A stretch of 64,000 bases of DNA from an uncultured Nitrososphaeraceae archaeon (lineage in GTDB: Archaea; Thermoproteota; Nitrososphaeria; Nitrososphaerales; Nitrososphaeraceae), in contig CAWGVG010000005.1 in assembly GCA_963825865.1 (NCBI GenBank), positions 1-64,000 on the forward strand, given 5' to 3'. The notes under the pieces are model-generated. The model was not told the DNA's origin. It saw only the letters and a program-made list of their open reading frames with translations, and made no database searches. The position numbers and the translations under genes were made by a program. Below, piece by piece: positions 34,232 through 46,413 of this stretch. The first letter of the stretch is position 1. Each line of letters begins with the position of its first letter.

Positions 34232-35281
34232 AGATCTCTTGTGTAATTAGAAGCTTAGAGCTATATTCCTCTTCACATAGGATATCTATCTGACAAGCTC
34301 TTTGATGTCCTATAGCAAATTATGTAAGAAACCTTTGATATTCAGGTCATTTACCGGAGTAACTGTATCTGAATTTGAATCCATTTGTAACGAAATTGAA
34401 CATAACTACGAAGAGCACGAAAGAAGACGTCTTCTATCAAGGACGAGAATACGGGATATAGGTGCTGGTAGACCATTTAAGACTTAAAGTTAAAGAAAGA
34501 TTCGTTATGCTTCTAGTATACTACAGATTATACATTACATATACATTATCAGGATTTCTGTTTGACCTTGATCAAAGCAATGTTTGTAGAGATATATCAA
34601 TGATGGAACCACTTATCAAGGAGTGTATTCCATTGCCAAAGAAGATATACAAACGTACTAGGAGATTAAGAACTATAGATGAAGTAGAAGAGTACTTTCC
34701 TGGATTCAAGGCTTTCATAGACTCTACAGAACAAGAAATTCCAAGACCTAAGAACAAAAGAAGAAGGAAGAGTTACTATTCAGGTAGAAAGAAGAAACAT
34801 ACTGTCAAGACACAATTGATGGTAAACAGTGAAGGATTGATACTGCATAAGACAGGTCACAGAAGTGGAAGAAAACATGATTATGACATTTACAAACACA
34901 ATCATTCTATAACTCCATCACAAGTTGAAAACATAGTTAATCTTGGTTATCTTGGCATTGAAAAGGACTTTCCCACTGTAAAGTCTGTACTTTGGTATCA
35001 AAAAGAAAAAGGGTACATTGCTTTCATGTGATGAAAGAACTTACAACAAGAATCATTCTAGGCTAAGGATCATAGTAGAACATACCATATGTAAGATCAA
35101 AAAGTTTGGAATAATGGGTATTAAATTTAGAAACAGATTAAGGAAGTACCAATAACGTATCTGATATAATATCCAGGTCTCCTGAACTTCAGAGTTATAC
35201 AGTCTGACAGCATTTCAATCTAAGAAGACGGCTAAAACAAGTAGGGTGTTAGACTATAGCTCCTAATTACGCAAGAGATCT
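34232..35281 (+). mobile_element. IS5-family (ISL2-like) insertion sequence, copy 2, transposase frameshifted
   Basis: Near-identical to 14673-15718, same TIRs, 3-bp target duplication ACT. Confidence 0.92.
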
Positions 35282-35290
35282 ACTGTAATA

Positions 35291-35370
35291 ATGGCTAACA
35301 CAATGTTTTCTGAGAAAGAAGTGGAATATATTAAGTTGCAGCGTATTGCAAGATAGCCACAGCTGCATCA
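35291..35370 (+). pseudogene. PPOX-class (pyridoxamine oxidase-like) N-terminal relic
   Basis: MFSEKEVEYIKLQRIAR/IATA. Confidence 0.4.
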
Positions 35371-35504
35371 GTATCATCAAAAGAAGAAAGCGACAAGAAT
35401 CGAAAGAGTAAATGATTCTTACTTTTGTCAAGAACACAGATAAGCGATTCTATACAGTTCATGTCGAAAAGGCTAAAAGCATCAGTAATAATAATTTAAT
35501 CTGT

Positions 35505-36032
35505 ATGACTTCAGCATCAGAGAATATAAAAAGTGTCGCAGTATCTGATTTTATGACTAGAAATGTAAAAACGATTAAAGAAAATGAAGCTATGAGACAA
35601 GCATGTAAATTAATGTATCAAGACAATATAGGAAGTATAGTTATCATAAAAAAGCATACTGACGGTCATGAGGCCGACACATCAGATGCTAAAATGAAGA
35701 ATGAGATACCGGTAGGAATAGTTACTGAGAGAGATATTGCTAGAATGGTAGGATTTTCAGCCAAGTTTTTTGCTGATATGACAGTCTCAGAGGTTATGAG
35801 TAAGCCTCTAATAACAATTAACTCCGATACATCAGTAAAAGATGCAGTAGCTTTGATGGAGGAAAAAGACATCAGGAGATTGCCGATTGTTGATAACGAA
35901 GGACAAATGGTAGGTATAATTACTGCTAAGGATATTTTTAAAGCATTTATGAAGATCTTTAAGCAAAGTGTGAAGGTCCAAGATTTAACGTCCGACGGCT
36001 TTGACCTGTTGGGACTAATTGGAGTAGAATAG
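35505..36032 (+). CDS. CBS-domain pair protein
   Basis: VSDFMTRNV, IGSIVI, GIVTERDI, VMSKPLITI, IRRLPIVD..GIITAKDI. Confidence 0.9.
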   Translation: MTSASENIKSVAVSDFMTRNVKTIKENEAMRQACKLMYQDNIGSIVIIKKHTDGHEADTSDAKMKNEIPVGIVTERDIARMVGFSAKFFADMTVSEVMSKPLITINSDTSVKDAVALMEEKDIRRLPIVDNEGQMVGIITAKDIFKAFMKIFKQSVKVQDLTSDGFDLLGLIGVE

Positions 36033-36235
36033 CCTATCGCCTATTGCCCTATAGAGCATCTGAACGTTATTTACATAATATAGAACTGCGGGATTAACGT
36101 ACATATACGTTCCCAGAAATTGGTGTTATATGTCTGTTAATTTGTGTGTATTAGTCTTTCCTAGTATTGCTGTTTTATTTTGTTGTTTACTCTTTTAATA
36201 CTTCCAAATGTTGTTCTTATCCTCTTCTATTATTA

Positions 36236-37300
<1,065 letters not shown>

Positions 37301-37604
37301 TTTTCCTTTCTCTATTATTTCTTATATTGTAATGTATATTCCTTCTTTTCGGCAGTACCTAATATCATCATGATCCTATAAGCTTATGGATACATATCTT
37401 AAATGCAAATTGCAAGGACAATCACACTTGCTTAGACTTAGCCAGGTGGTTTATCAACGATGTTACTCATAACCATCTGGTGAAAATTTTCCTTTCATAT
37501 TAAAATTAAATAGGATATATCATTATCATTTTATTATCACATGTGCGTCTATGGCCAGCAAAATATCCTGTCAAAACATTCCTATAACAAGTGCAAATCC
37601 TTTG

Positions 37605-38708
37605 CTATGGAACAATTACCGCTCTACCTTCTATATTTCCTACTGCAAGTGAATCTATTGCTTTATTTATTTCTGTAAGCGGAAAACTCTGTATGCTGTG
37701 TTTTATCTTTTGATGTTTTGCTAATTCTATAACTTCTCGTACTCATTATAATTTCCCCAAAGTGAACATATAACTTGATATTCATTTATTACAGCTGAAA
37801 TCAAAGGCATATTTATCTGTCCTCCGAATAGACCAACCATCACTAATACTCCGCCCTTACTTAATGTTCTCACAGAATTTCTTATTGTCTCTTCTGTGCC
37901 TACACAGTCAATAACAACATTAAGCTCATTGCCACCAGTCTTTTGTAATACTTCTTTTTTTATGTCCTGTTGCATCTTTGCATTTATAGTATAATCTGCT
38001 CCAAGTCTTTCTGCTAACTCCAACTTTCTATCATTAACATCAATTGCTATCACATTTGAACCTGCACCAAATATTTTTGCGTATTGTACACCGTAAATCC
38101 AAGTCCTCCTACGCCAACTATTGCAATATTCGTTCCTGGTGCTAACAGATGCCTGATTTTTTTTATTGCCCTGTACGGCGTTAATCCCGCATCAGTCAAA
38201 GCTACCAGAGCCTCAGGCTTTATATTGTATTTTTGGTAATCTTTCACATTTACCAAAAACCTGTATGATGGCACTAAAATATACTCAGAATATCCTCCAT
38301 CATGCGATGAAGATAGTCCAGGCCATGTTGGATTTATACATAGTTGTTCATCGCCATTTTTGCAATGAATGCAAATTCCACATCCCCATCCCCCAAACAC
38401 AGCTACCAGGTCACCTATGTCTAAAACTCCTTTGGGAACAGAATTTCCCAGTTCTTCAATCCAACCTGCCACTTCATGTCCTGGTGTAATTGGTAATTGT
38501 ATTGGAATGATATCCTTCCATTCACCACTTATCAAATGCAAATCACTGTGGCATAGGCCTGCGGCTGCTACTTTAACTAAAACTTGCTCCCCTGTAGATA
38601 TTCTCGGTTTTGGAATATCATCGATAGATAGCAGTCTTTGGTATTCGTGAATCCTTGCAGAAAGAATAGTGGTAGCATTCTTTTCCTAATCCTTGTTGTT
38701 GCGGTCAT
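37605..38708 (-). CDS. Zn-dependent alcohol dehydrogenase, frameshifted
   Basis: GLCHSDLH, PGHE, CGICIHC..C, LTDAGLTPYRA, GVGGLG, IDCVG, GRAVIVP*. Confidence 0.88.
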
Positions 38709-38837
38709 AGATATATCTCTCTTGTCCCATGGTAATACTCTAGGAAATAATATTTAGTGATTTCTAATTGTTGTTTTAATAATGGAAAGTATTCCTTGTG
38801 TATATATTCCATGAAAAATCTATCATGCTCTGATTTG

Positions 38838-39254
38838 CTAGTCAATATTAGAATGTAAGACATAAAGAGCTTCTAGGATGATGTGTTTGTCCTTAGAGTT
38901 ATACACTATTTGCTTTAAGAATTCTAATAATTTATCATCCTTGTATAGACTAAACTTAATTGACTTTTGTCTAAGTTTTTGCATATATGTAAGCCTTAGA
39001 TCGTCATCTTCAGGAAGGCTAGAACATTCGTCTATGAATTCATGAATTTCTTCTAATCTTTCCTTATTTGGATGACTTGTATTTATATCATAACCCATGG
39101 ATATCGGTTTAGAAACAGCTATAACTTGCTGCCGTCCTGCATCATGGACCTGATTGTTTTTAATTATTTTTTCGATTTGTTCTTTAGTTATAGTTTTATG
39201 TTTTAAATGGTAAGCCTGCCTTTCATTATCATTAATTATTTTCATATCCTCCAA
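38838..39254 (-). CDS. Hypothetical helical protein (possibly a fragment)
   Basis: 138-codon ORF without a recognisable motif. Confidence 0.35.
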   Translation of the reverse strand: MEDMKIINDNERQAYHLKHKTITKEQIEKIIKNNQVHDAGRQQVIAVSKPISMGYDINTSHPNKERLEEIHEFIDECSSLPEDDDLRLTYMQKLRQKSIKFSLYKDDKLLEFLKQIVYNSKDKHIILEALYVLHSNID

Positions 39255-39255
39255 G

Positions 39256-39655
39256 AACTGTTGGTTTAGAAGAAATCTATCATTGACTGGTTTGTATTAT
39301 CGTTTTTCTAACTATGGTGAAAGCATAGCTAAGCCAGCTATAATTGGTGCAATAACGATAGGGCTTTCAGCATTATTTTGGCACATTCAAAATAACCCAA
39401 TAGCAGAACCTTCTCTTTCTGTTATTCCTAATGCAACTTCTAATTTTATTAATTTGGCTCAGATTCTGGAATCATTTACATTTGCTAAAGGCCTTTGAAA
39501 GAAGCGTTGTAGATTTTGATCCCATACTTTCCCCAGGAAGTGATATCAAAGTCGGTATAATTGACTACGTTGTTAAAATAGTAGGCGGTGGTCTCACCTT
39601 TGGTCTTCTTCTAATAGCTTTAAGGCGCAAGTTTGAAAGAAAACATACACGTTAA
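39256..39655 (+). pseudogene. C-terminal fragment of the pentapeptide-repeat membrane protein family
   Basis: NCWFRRNLSLTGLYYRFSNYGESIAKP...KAFERSVVDF..IIDYVVKIVGGGLTFGLL..RRKFERKHTR. Confidence 0.75.
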
Positions 39656-39677
39656 TTACAGTCGATAGCAACAATAT

Positions 39678-39926
39678 TTAGTCTTTGAAAGTCAACTTAA
39701 TTGTTACATTTTTTATATTATTATTATGTTCTGATACAAACCTGATAGCATCTTTAACTACAGTTGCATTGGTTAATAGATCTAACTTCATAGAATAGCA
39801 TTCTTTTGCTAATGACAAGGCCTGTATCTTTTCTCTATTATCACTTGAATGATATGATGTATTCCAGGCTTCTTTTAGAATTGCTGTCAAACCTGTAAGG
39901 ACTTTCTTATACTCTTCTGGTAACAT
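39678..39926 (-). pseudogene. C-terminal half of the multicopy HTH protein family
   Basis: LPEEYKKVLTGLTAILKEAW..DNREKIQALSLAKECYSMKLDLLTNATVV. Confidence 0.75.
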
Positions 39927-40058
39927 GCAATGCCTCTATATGGAATAGAAGAAGAATGAAAGGATGTGATATATTTTATGAAAATGACTTAACACGAAAA
40001 GAAAGTCAGTCTCATTAGCTTTGAAGGTAATAAGATAATGCAATGAAGCTATCAATAT

Positions 40059-40077
40059 GGAATTAGGCTACAAACTA
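40059..40077 (+). promoter_or_regulatory. Candidate operator GGAATTAGGCTACAAACTA
   Basis: One mismatch to the inverted-repeat arm at 46276-46294; about 50 bp upstream of the cupredoxin-like gene. Confidence 0.5.
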
Positions 40078-40124
40078 CAGTAGAGAATAACATATATTAA
40101 TCAAGCCGATAGTGATCTTTTTTC

Positions 40125-41117
40125 ATGGCTATAATGCATAATCCCAGAAAGGAGGCATTCAAGTATTCTTTGTTTCCTAGAATTAATAATAAAAATAGTA
40201 GCAGAATGAAAAAAAGAATAGTATATCCTTCTACTTGTTCTTGTCATATAACAGCAACTATATTGTCAGCATTGCTTCTATTTTATATGTCATCTGCTAT
40301 TCCAAGTAACTTAACATATAGTAATAATAAAAATATAGCAAATGCACAAGAGCAGTCATCAACACCAACATCAATCCCACTAACTAAAGCCAATGGAGCT
40401 AATAATAATAATACTATTCCAATTGCTGAATCTGTATACTCATTACAATCAATGTCGTTACCAATGTCAGTCGGCTCGTTTGTTTGGTATATAGTAGATG
40501 AAGCACACGAGAATACTGTTAGTGAATCACATAAGAAAATTTCTGATCACAATCCAGACTATCTTCCCACTAATCTTATAATGCCACAGGGAGTTAATTT
40601 ATCGTTCCTTGATGCTGATGCTCCATGGGATACTCCTCGTCCGCATACAATCAATATAGTGGAAAGCACTTCTGGAAATGTAATATATACTACTGGAAAA
40701 CTGGGATATACAAACAGTTCTCAACCAACAACCTTGCCCGTTGGAAAATATAATGTAATAGATACAAAGTATCCATGGATGAAAGGCGCTATAACTGTGA
40801 CAGATCAAAAAACTAATGGTAATCTAGTAATGGGTGGATTCTATACCCCAACCAATCAAGTAGCAAATAACCTAGATAATGATGGTGGAGCTCATCCTGG
40901 ATGGCTGAGATTTTACACAAACGAATTTCCAAAAAATGGCTTTAAAATTTTAAGTGAATACAACTTCCATTATGCTACTTGTAAATACTGTCCAGAAGCA
41001 TTTTGGCCAGATCAAAAAACAGCAGATCATACACTTATTATATATAGCACGAATCAACCTCTTTCAGAAGCTCTTATGAAATTAGGCAAAATGGTCTGGG
41101 ATAATGTCTATATATAA
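40125..41117 (+). CDS. Secreted cupredoxin-like protein with atypical ligand loop
   Basis: Signal peptide; YLPTNL, PHTINI, GKYNVIDTKYPWMKGAITV (cupredoxin C-terminal strand without Cys/His); later CKYC. Confidence 0.6.
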   Translation: MAIMHNPRKEAFKYSLFPRINNKNSSRMKKRIVYPSTCSCHITATILSALLLFYMSSAIPSNLTYSNNKNIANAQEQSSTPTSIPLTKANGANNNNTIPIAESVYSLQSMSLPMSVGSFVWYIVDEAHENTVSESHKKISDHNPDYLPTNLIMPQGVNLSFLDADAPWDTPRPHTINIVESTSGNVIYTTGKLGYTNSSQPTTLPVGKYNVIDTKYPWMKGAITVTDQKTNGNLVMGGFYTPTNQVANNLDNDGGAHPGWLRFYTNEFPKNGFKILSEYNFHYATCKYCPEAFWPDQKTADHTLIIYSTNQPLSEALMKLGKMVWDNVYI

Positions 41118-41368
41118 AAAAGAATGATTTAGATCTAACCATACCTCCTTAAACAATGCAAAGTTGGCTGTTTTAGTCCTTCTTTGGAGTATGTGCATGC
41201 TGAGATGGCTGATATAGCAAAAGTATAAAGCCTTGATTTGATAGGCATCCTAGCAAATGATACTTCAGGAGTTTTATTGAAACTCTTAATATTACCACAC
41301 ATATTCTCGAAAATCAAAAAATAACTCATAGGGAGCGCTGAAATTCTTATATTGTATTTTAGACATAG

Positions 41369-41992
41369 TTGTTTATGCTAAAATGGATGTATTTCTCATT
41401 TATAGTCTTAACTTCCTTTATAGCTGTGATAATTAGTAATAACAATAAAACTGATCTTACATTAGTTCTTGCTCAGGCAGCTACTAACAATAATAATACT
41501 TTACAAGCGCCATTATCATCACCCTCAGCAATAACTCATGACGTAAAAATAACATCTCCTACTAAAGGCCAACAAGTCCCAATAGGAAAAGACATTACAA
41601 TCACAGGTACTTCTTTAGCTAATCCAAATTCTAATTGTCAAATAACTGTAATTGTTAATCATGTAAAACCTTATCAACCTGCTACTGGAGCTGGACCAGG
41701 AGGATCTAAAGACTACTCAAAATGGAACTTTGTACTCAGTTCTAAATATACTACTATTCATCAAGGACAAAATAAAATTACAGCCAAATATAATTGCAGT
41801 AGCGCTAATCCTGGTGGATTATCGTTTAATAGTGTAAACGTTACTGGAGTGCCATCTGCTGTAATTTCTGCAGCAACAATACAACTATCACATCAGCAAC
41901 AACAACAACAACAATCAGTAACAGCAGAAAACAATAATTCTAATACTGCAATATCATCATCTGAATCAAGCGGAATTCCAGGAATACCCTAG
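41369..41992 (+). CDS. Secreted Ig-like domain protein with poly-Gln tail
   Basis: VKITSPTKGQQVP..ITGTS..CQITV..DYSKWNF..GQNKITAKYNC. Confidence 0.7.
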   Translation: MFMLKWMYFSFIVLTSFIAVIISNNNKTDLTLVLAQAATNNNNTLQAPLSSPSAITHDVKITSPTKGQQVPIGKDITITGTSLANPNSNCQITVIVNHVKPYQPATGAGPGGSKDYSKWNFVLSSKYTTIHQGQNKITAKYNCSSANPGGLSFNSVNVTGVPSAVISAATIQLSHQQQQQQQSVTAENNNSNTAISSSESSGIPGIP

Positions 41993-42223
41993 TCTAAATA
42001 ACAGTAATTGAAGGAGTACTGTGTAGAAAGAGCAAGGAAAATGAAAAGGGAGTTATTGGCACAATCAAAATTGGTACAAGGTCTCAATTAGAGTAGATGA
42101 AATATCTAAATGATAAAAACAGTTTTTCATAAAACCGCATTATTCTGAACGAAGAAAAACAATATGAAATAGAGAGTATATATACATGGACCAAGAACCT
42201 ATCATTTTCTTTAAATAACACTA

Positions 42224-43336
42224 TACTGACTAACAAAATTGCGTATAGTTAGTTTACTTTTATTGTTCATTATGTATTTAGCTTAGGAATATGACTTGAA
42301 ACAACGTGGTCCTTTCATCTCAACACTTGGACTATGCTTACAGACATGAGTCTGACGCTAATATGCGAGAAAGGATTTTTCTGGTAAGGCGTGTTAAAGT
42401 GGATAAGGAAGAAGCCGCAAGTGTGGCTGAGTTAGAACTTCACAGATCCAGAGGATGGGCCTACAAGTGGTTGAAAAGATACGATAATAATGAAAATCTG
42501 GAAGGTTTGAAAGATAAACCTCGTAGCGGTAGACCTCCTGATATAACTGAAGAGAAGTTATTAGGGATAAAAAAGGAACTATCTGAAAATCCATCAGGAT
42601 GGAGGGCTAAGGAAATTATGAATATAATTTACAAGAAAACAGGTGTCAGGTATCATGAGGTTCATATATACAGGCTATTACATAAGTGGGGTTTCAGTCC
42701 TAAAGTCCCAAGAAAGAGGTTTGTCAACACTGCATCAAAGAAAGAAAAGAAGCAGTTCAAAAAAAGATTGAGGAGATAATCTCTTCCATACCTAAAGATT
42801 TCACAGTTGCAGTAGAAGATGAATCGATATTCATGCATGATGCTGTGATTAGGAGAAAAATGTGGACTCCTGAAAGTATCCACCCTGTAGTAACCGTTAC
42901 AGGCTCACACCAGAAAACTTGTGTATTTGTGAGTACTCAGCATCGACGGAATTCAATTCTTTCGGCAATACAGTACCTTCAACCAAGATATGTTTCTGCA
43001 GTATCTGAAGAAATTACAAAAGAAGTTTGGAAAAAAACTAATACTGTTTTTAGATAGAGCGGCTCAACACTATCGCTCAATTAAGGTCAGAAAATATTTG
43101 GAAGAAAAGAAGGATATCATTAGAGTTGAATACTTGCCAAAAGGTTCACCTGAATTCAACGCTATCGAAGAATGTTGGAGACAGGGAAAAGATGACTTAC
43201 TGGTTTCAAGATATTATCCCAAATTCCAAAATCTAAAGAAGGCTATTGCTGAGTATTATAGGACAAAACGGTTCAATCTTGATATAGTCAAGTATTTGTT
43301 AAGGAACGTAAGTTAACGAACTTATGTTAATGAGTA
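42224..43336 (+). mobile_element. IS630-family insertion sequence
   Basis: Imperfect TIRs TACTGACTAACAAAATT / AACTTATGTTAATGAGTA flanked by TA on both sides. Confidence 0.85.
42306..43316 (+). CDS. IS630 transposase (orfA/orfB with an A7G slippery site at 42759-42766; extra indel near 42935)
   Basis: HTH with KPRSGRP, LLHKWGFSPKVP; catalytic DES, LDRA, SPEFNAIEECW. Confidence 0.88.
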
Positions 43337-43369
43337 TAGATAGGATCTCTCTCAAATTGAGAATAAATA

Positions 43370-43596
43370 TTGATAGTAATAATAACAACAATAATCCGGT
43401 TTCAAGGGGGGTGGCAGGGAGATGCGTATCGCAACTTTGTCAACTCGCTAAACTCATCTGTAACCAGGGCTGAATATTCAAAATGGTTTGATTATTATCT
43501 CAAGTATCTAAACAAATACGATAAGGATGGCGATTACCATGTGCTATTACAAGAACTTCCAAAGCTTGTCGAGTAGCGTATATTAGCTATCATTTA
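43370..43596 (+). pseudogene. N-terminal relic of an archaeal tyrosine integrase
   Basis: DAYRNFVNSLNSSVTRAEYSKWFDYYLKYL..LL..PKLVE* resembles the N-terminus of thaumarchaeal integrases; no catalytic domain. Confidence 0.45.
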
Positions 43597-43932
43597 TTAG
43601 ATTGCATCTTCTCCTCTCTTTTTAGTTGCTATATCTACTGCAATGGGTGTACATCTACAACAAATATTTTTCCTCCCAATTCACTACTACCCAATCTATC
43701 TGTAATCTTTGATATTAATTCTTCAACTTGTTCATCTTTAACAACTCCACCTTAGTTCTTGGCATATATTCTGGTTGTGTTTGTGAAGCCTTTGAGCAGT
43801 AACAGGTTGCGGTTTTACTCTTCCACTTCCTTCTATTCTATAATGACTCATTCCTCCAACATTTACCTCTTTTAGTATCCCATGTGCATCTGCCAACATT
43901 CTATGTGGTATTATTATTTCAATTCGTTTCAT
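43597..43932 (-). CDS. P-II family nitrogen regulatory protein, frameshifted
   Basis: MKRIEIII..GGMS..GSGR, PEYMPRTKVEVV..VEELI..GGKIFVVDV..AVDIATKKRGEDAI*. Confidence 0.85.
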
Positions 43933-44257
43933 AACAATTTAATAAAACAGAGATATGATATAGTCTTTACTAGTTACCTTATATTCTCATTTTTAATAAC
44001 ATACTTGCTGCTGTTATTTAGTCAGGTTGTCTTCCTTGCTGAGCCTTCTATCGATGCACCAGAAAATGCTATTGCGGTATCAGACTATCTATCCTGTAGA
44101 TTGGCAAAAGAAACAAGAAATTACAGATGATGAATTTAACATTATCATATAGTTCAGTTACAATGCTCTTCATCTTTGAACTACATTTTAGATATGCAGA
44201 GTTATGATACATCTAAAATAATCTTAAGTTAATCGGACCTGTTAATAGAGATGATAT

Positions 44258-44707
44258 TTATATATAGTATTCTAATATTTTTTCAATATTGTCTTTTTCT
44301 TCGTCATTTGTATATTCTTGATATCTTGTAAAGTCGAGTGGAGTAATTATACCAACAGGTTTATTTAAATCACTTTTATCATCATTATCAACGACGAGTA
44401 AATGTCTTACATTGTTTTGCAACATCATATCAGCTGCTACTGATGGTGATGATAGAGAATTAATAGTAATAAGAGGAGAAGACATTATCTCTCTATTTGT
44501 AACTGCGTTGGTACTTTTATCATTAATACATACCTTTCTAACTAGATCACGTTCAGTGACTAAACCTTGTGGTTTGCCATTTCCATCAACTACTACTAAT
44601 GAACTAACATTCTTATCTTTCATTTTCTTGGCTGCTTGTTGAACTGAAGCCATTTCTTCAATGGTTTCTAGTTTTTTGTTCATTATGTGGCTGATCTTTG
44701 TAGTCAT
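44258..44707 (-). CDS. CBS-domain pair protein
   Basis: VSSLVV..GLVTERDLVRKV, IMSSPLITI, VRHLLVV..GIITPLD. Confidence 0.9.
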   Translation of the reverse strand: MTTKISHIMNKKLETIEEMASVQQAAKKMKDKNVSSLVVVDGNGKPQGLVTERDLVRKVCINDKSTNAVTNREIMSSPLITINSLSSPSVAADMMLQNNVRHLLVVDNDDKSDLNKPVGIITPLDFTRYQEYTNDEEKDNIEKILEYYI

Positions 44708-44734
44708 GGTAATGTATCCAATTACTTACCTATT

Positions 44735-45619
44735 TTACGTGATTGTTCGTAAACTAAATTGATCCGTTATTTTATTCTGCGGTTGTTTGGCATTTATTGT
44801 AGTAATTTCAGCTCTTATGGTGTAATCTGTATTGGGTTTTAGGAACGGTGCTTGAAGGTGGTATGCACCGGTACTGCTAAAGTCCGGACCATATACTCTT
44901 GTCTCATTGATATCCTTTCCTGCTATCAACTCAAGTGGTAGTTTTTCTCCTGCTACGGTAAATGTTTTTGAAAATACCTTGTTAGTATTATTATCCTTAA
45001 ATATAGTTACATTGTATGTAAGTGGCGTTGACCTGTCTAACGGTACTGTTAGCGGCGTAAACTCTAGCAAAGTTCTCAAGTCTTTTGTGAGATTGAACGT
45101 TGGGCCTACACCTGAAGAGAATTCAAAGTTAGTTCCTCTTTCTATTCCGCTACTTACAGATACAACTGCAAGTCTCCATGGATGTATCTCACAATGATAT
45201 ACGAAATCGCCGGCTTTATTGAATGTATACTGAAAGAAAGAATTTGCTGTGGCTGGCATAATACCAGAGTTAAAGAGAGCACCAGAACCTGAAACTGATG
45301 GTAAACCACTAGTTACTGTATGAGGTTGTTCTGGATCATTGTTAAACCATGCTACAGTAGTATCAACAGGAACTGCAATTGAAGGAGGATAATAATGAAT
45401 AAGATTGGTTTTGTGAGCTGCTCCTGGGACTATACTTACTGCATATGTTGCTCCTATATTTTGTAGTGTAGCCATACTTCCTGTTTGTCCATAGACGTTA
45501 GCAATAGTAGTAGTTGTTGTTGTTGTAAGTGATGTTAATGCTACTGCAGAGGCTATTGTCGCTGCAGTGCAAATCAGAAGTAATAAAGTTTTATTGTAAA
45601 TAACAGGCATTTTTAGCAT
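44735..45619 (-). CDS. Secreted blue (type 1) copper/cupredoxin domain protein
   Basis: Signal peptide; YYPPSIAV..TTVAWFNND..PHTVTSG..FNSG..YTFNKAGDFVYHCEIHPWR. Confidence 0.85.
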   Translation of the reverse strand: MLKMPVIYNKTLLLLICTAATIASAVALTSLTTTTTTTIANVYGQTGSMATLQNIGATYAVSIVPGAAHKTNLIHYYPPSIAVPVDTTVAWFNNDPEQPHTVTSGLPSVSGSGALFNSGIMPATANSFFQYTFNKAGDFVYHCEIHPWRLAVVSVSSGIERGTNFEFSSGVGPTFNLTKDLRTLLEFTPLTVPLDRSTPLTYNVTIFKDNNTNKVFSKTFTVAGEKLPLELIAGKDINETRVYGPDFSSTGAYHLQAPFLKPNTDYTIRAEITTINAKQPQNKITDQFSLRTIT

Positions 45620-46039
45620 TTTAAGGGGCCTTGTTTCTTAAAAGCTTTCGCTGATATAGATGCTCTCCATAAATATTCATTTGTCATCTATTAGAGTAAG
45701 ACGATGGATGATAGGAAAAGGAAACCACAAAGAGACAAGAACGGCAATGAAGACTGTTTGCTGTTAAGAACTATCAGACACATTTTAAAGTATAGCTAGC
45801 ATCTATTTTCAAATGTCGCCAGACAGTCAGTAGATCTTACTTAGACTCTTGGGGTAGAATAGATATATTCCTTCAAATATCTATCCTATCACCGGTGTTT
45901 TATCACAGGGGTTAACCACTGTTAACAATTCCGAGGGATGTATTGGATGCAGTGAATAACGGAAATGGTAATGATATATCGAATTTAAGGTGGGATGTGT
46001 GCTTAGCATACAGCCATAACTAAAATACACGCCCTAAGC

Positions 46040-46229
46040 TAATGTGGAAGAAAATAGAAAGTATTGAAGAGTCTACGTGGGATAAGGTAAAGGAATATTG
46101 TGGATTGGTTACGGATTCCAGAGACTTTATTCGCCATTTACAGGTATGAGAAAATGAAAGAAATTCTCTACACAAAAAGTAGAGACTGGCCTGAAAGTAA
46201 TGCTTTACAACAGGTTCATTAGCTTGTAG
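46040..46229 (+). pseudogene. Degraded IS5/IS903-like transposase C-terminus
   Basis: W.DKVKEY..ETLF...LKVMLYNRFISL* pattern, interrupted by indels. Confidence 0.35.
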
Positions 46230-46276
46230 CCATCAGGAAAAATGGTAATAAATTGAATATCAAAACATGCAATAAG

Positions 46277-46373
46277 GAATTAAGCTACAAACTAACCATT
46301 ATTATGTCTATATAACACGACAATGTACCTTATATAAAAATGGAATCAACTCAATTAGTTTGTAGCTTAATTC
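46277..46373. promoter_or_regulatory. Perfect 19-bp inverted repeat with a 59-bp spacer containing TATA-like boxes
   Basis: GAATTAAGCTACAAACTAA (46277-46295) / TTAGTTTGTAGCTTAATTC (46355-46373); the spacer holds TATATAAC and TTATATAAAA. Confidence 0.75.
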
Positions 46374-46413
46374 AGAAATAACATCATTCAAGGACTTTTT
46401 TCAACATGAGTAT

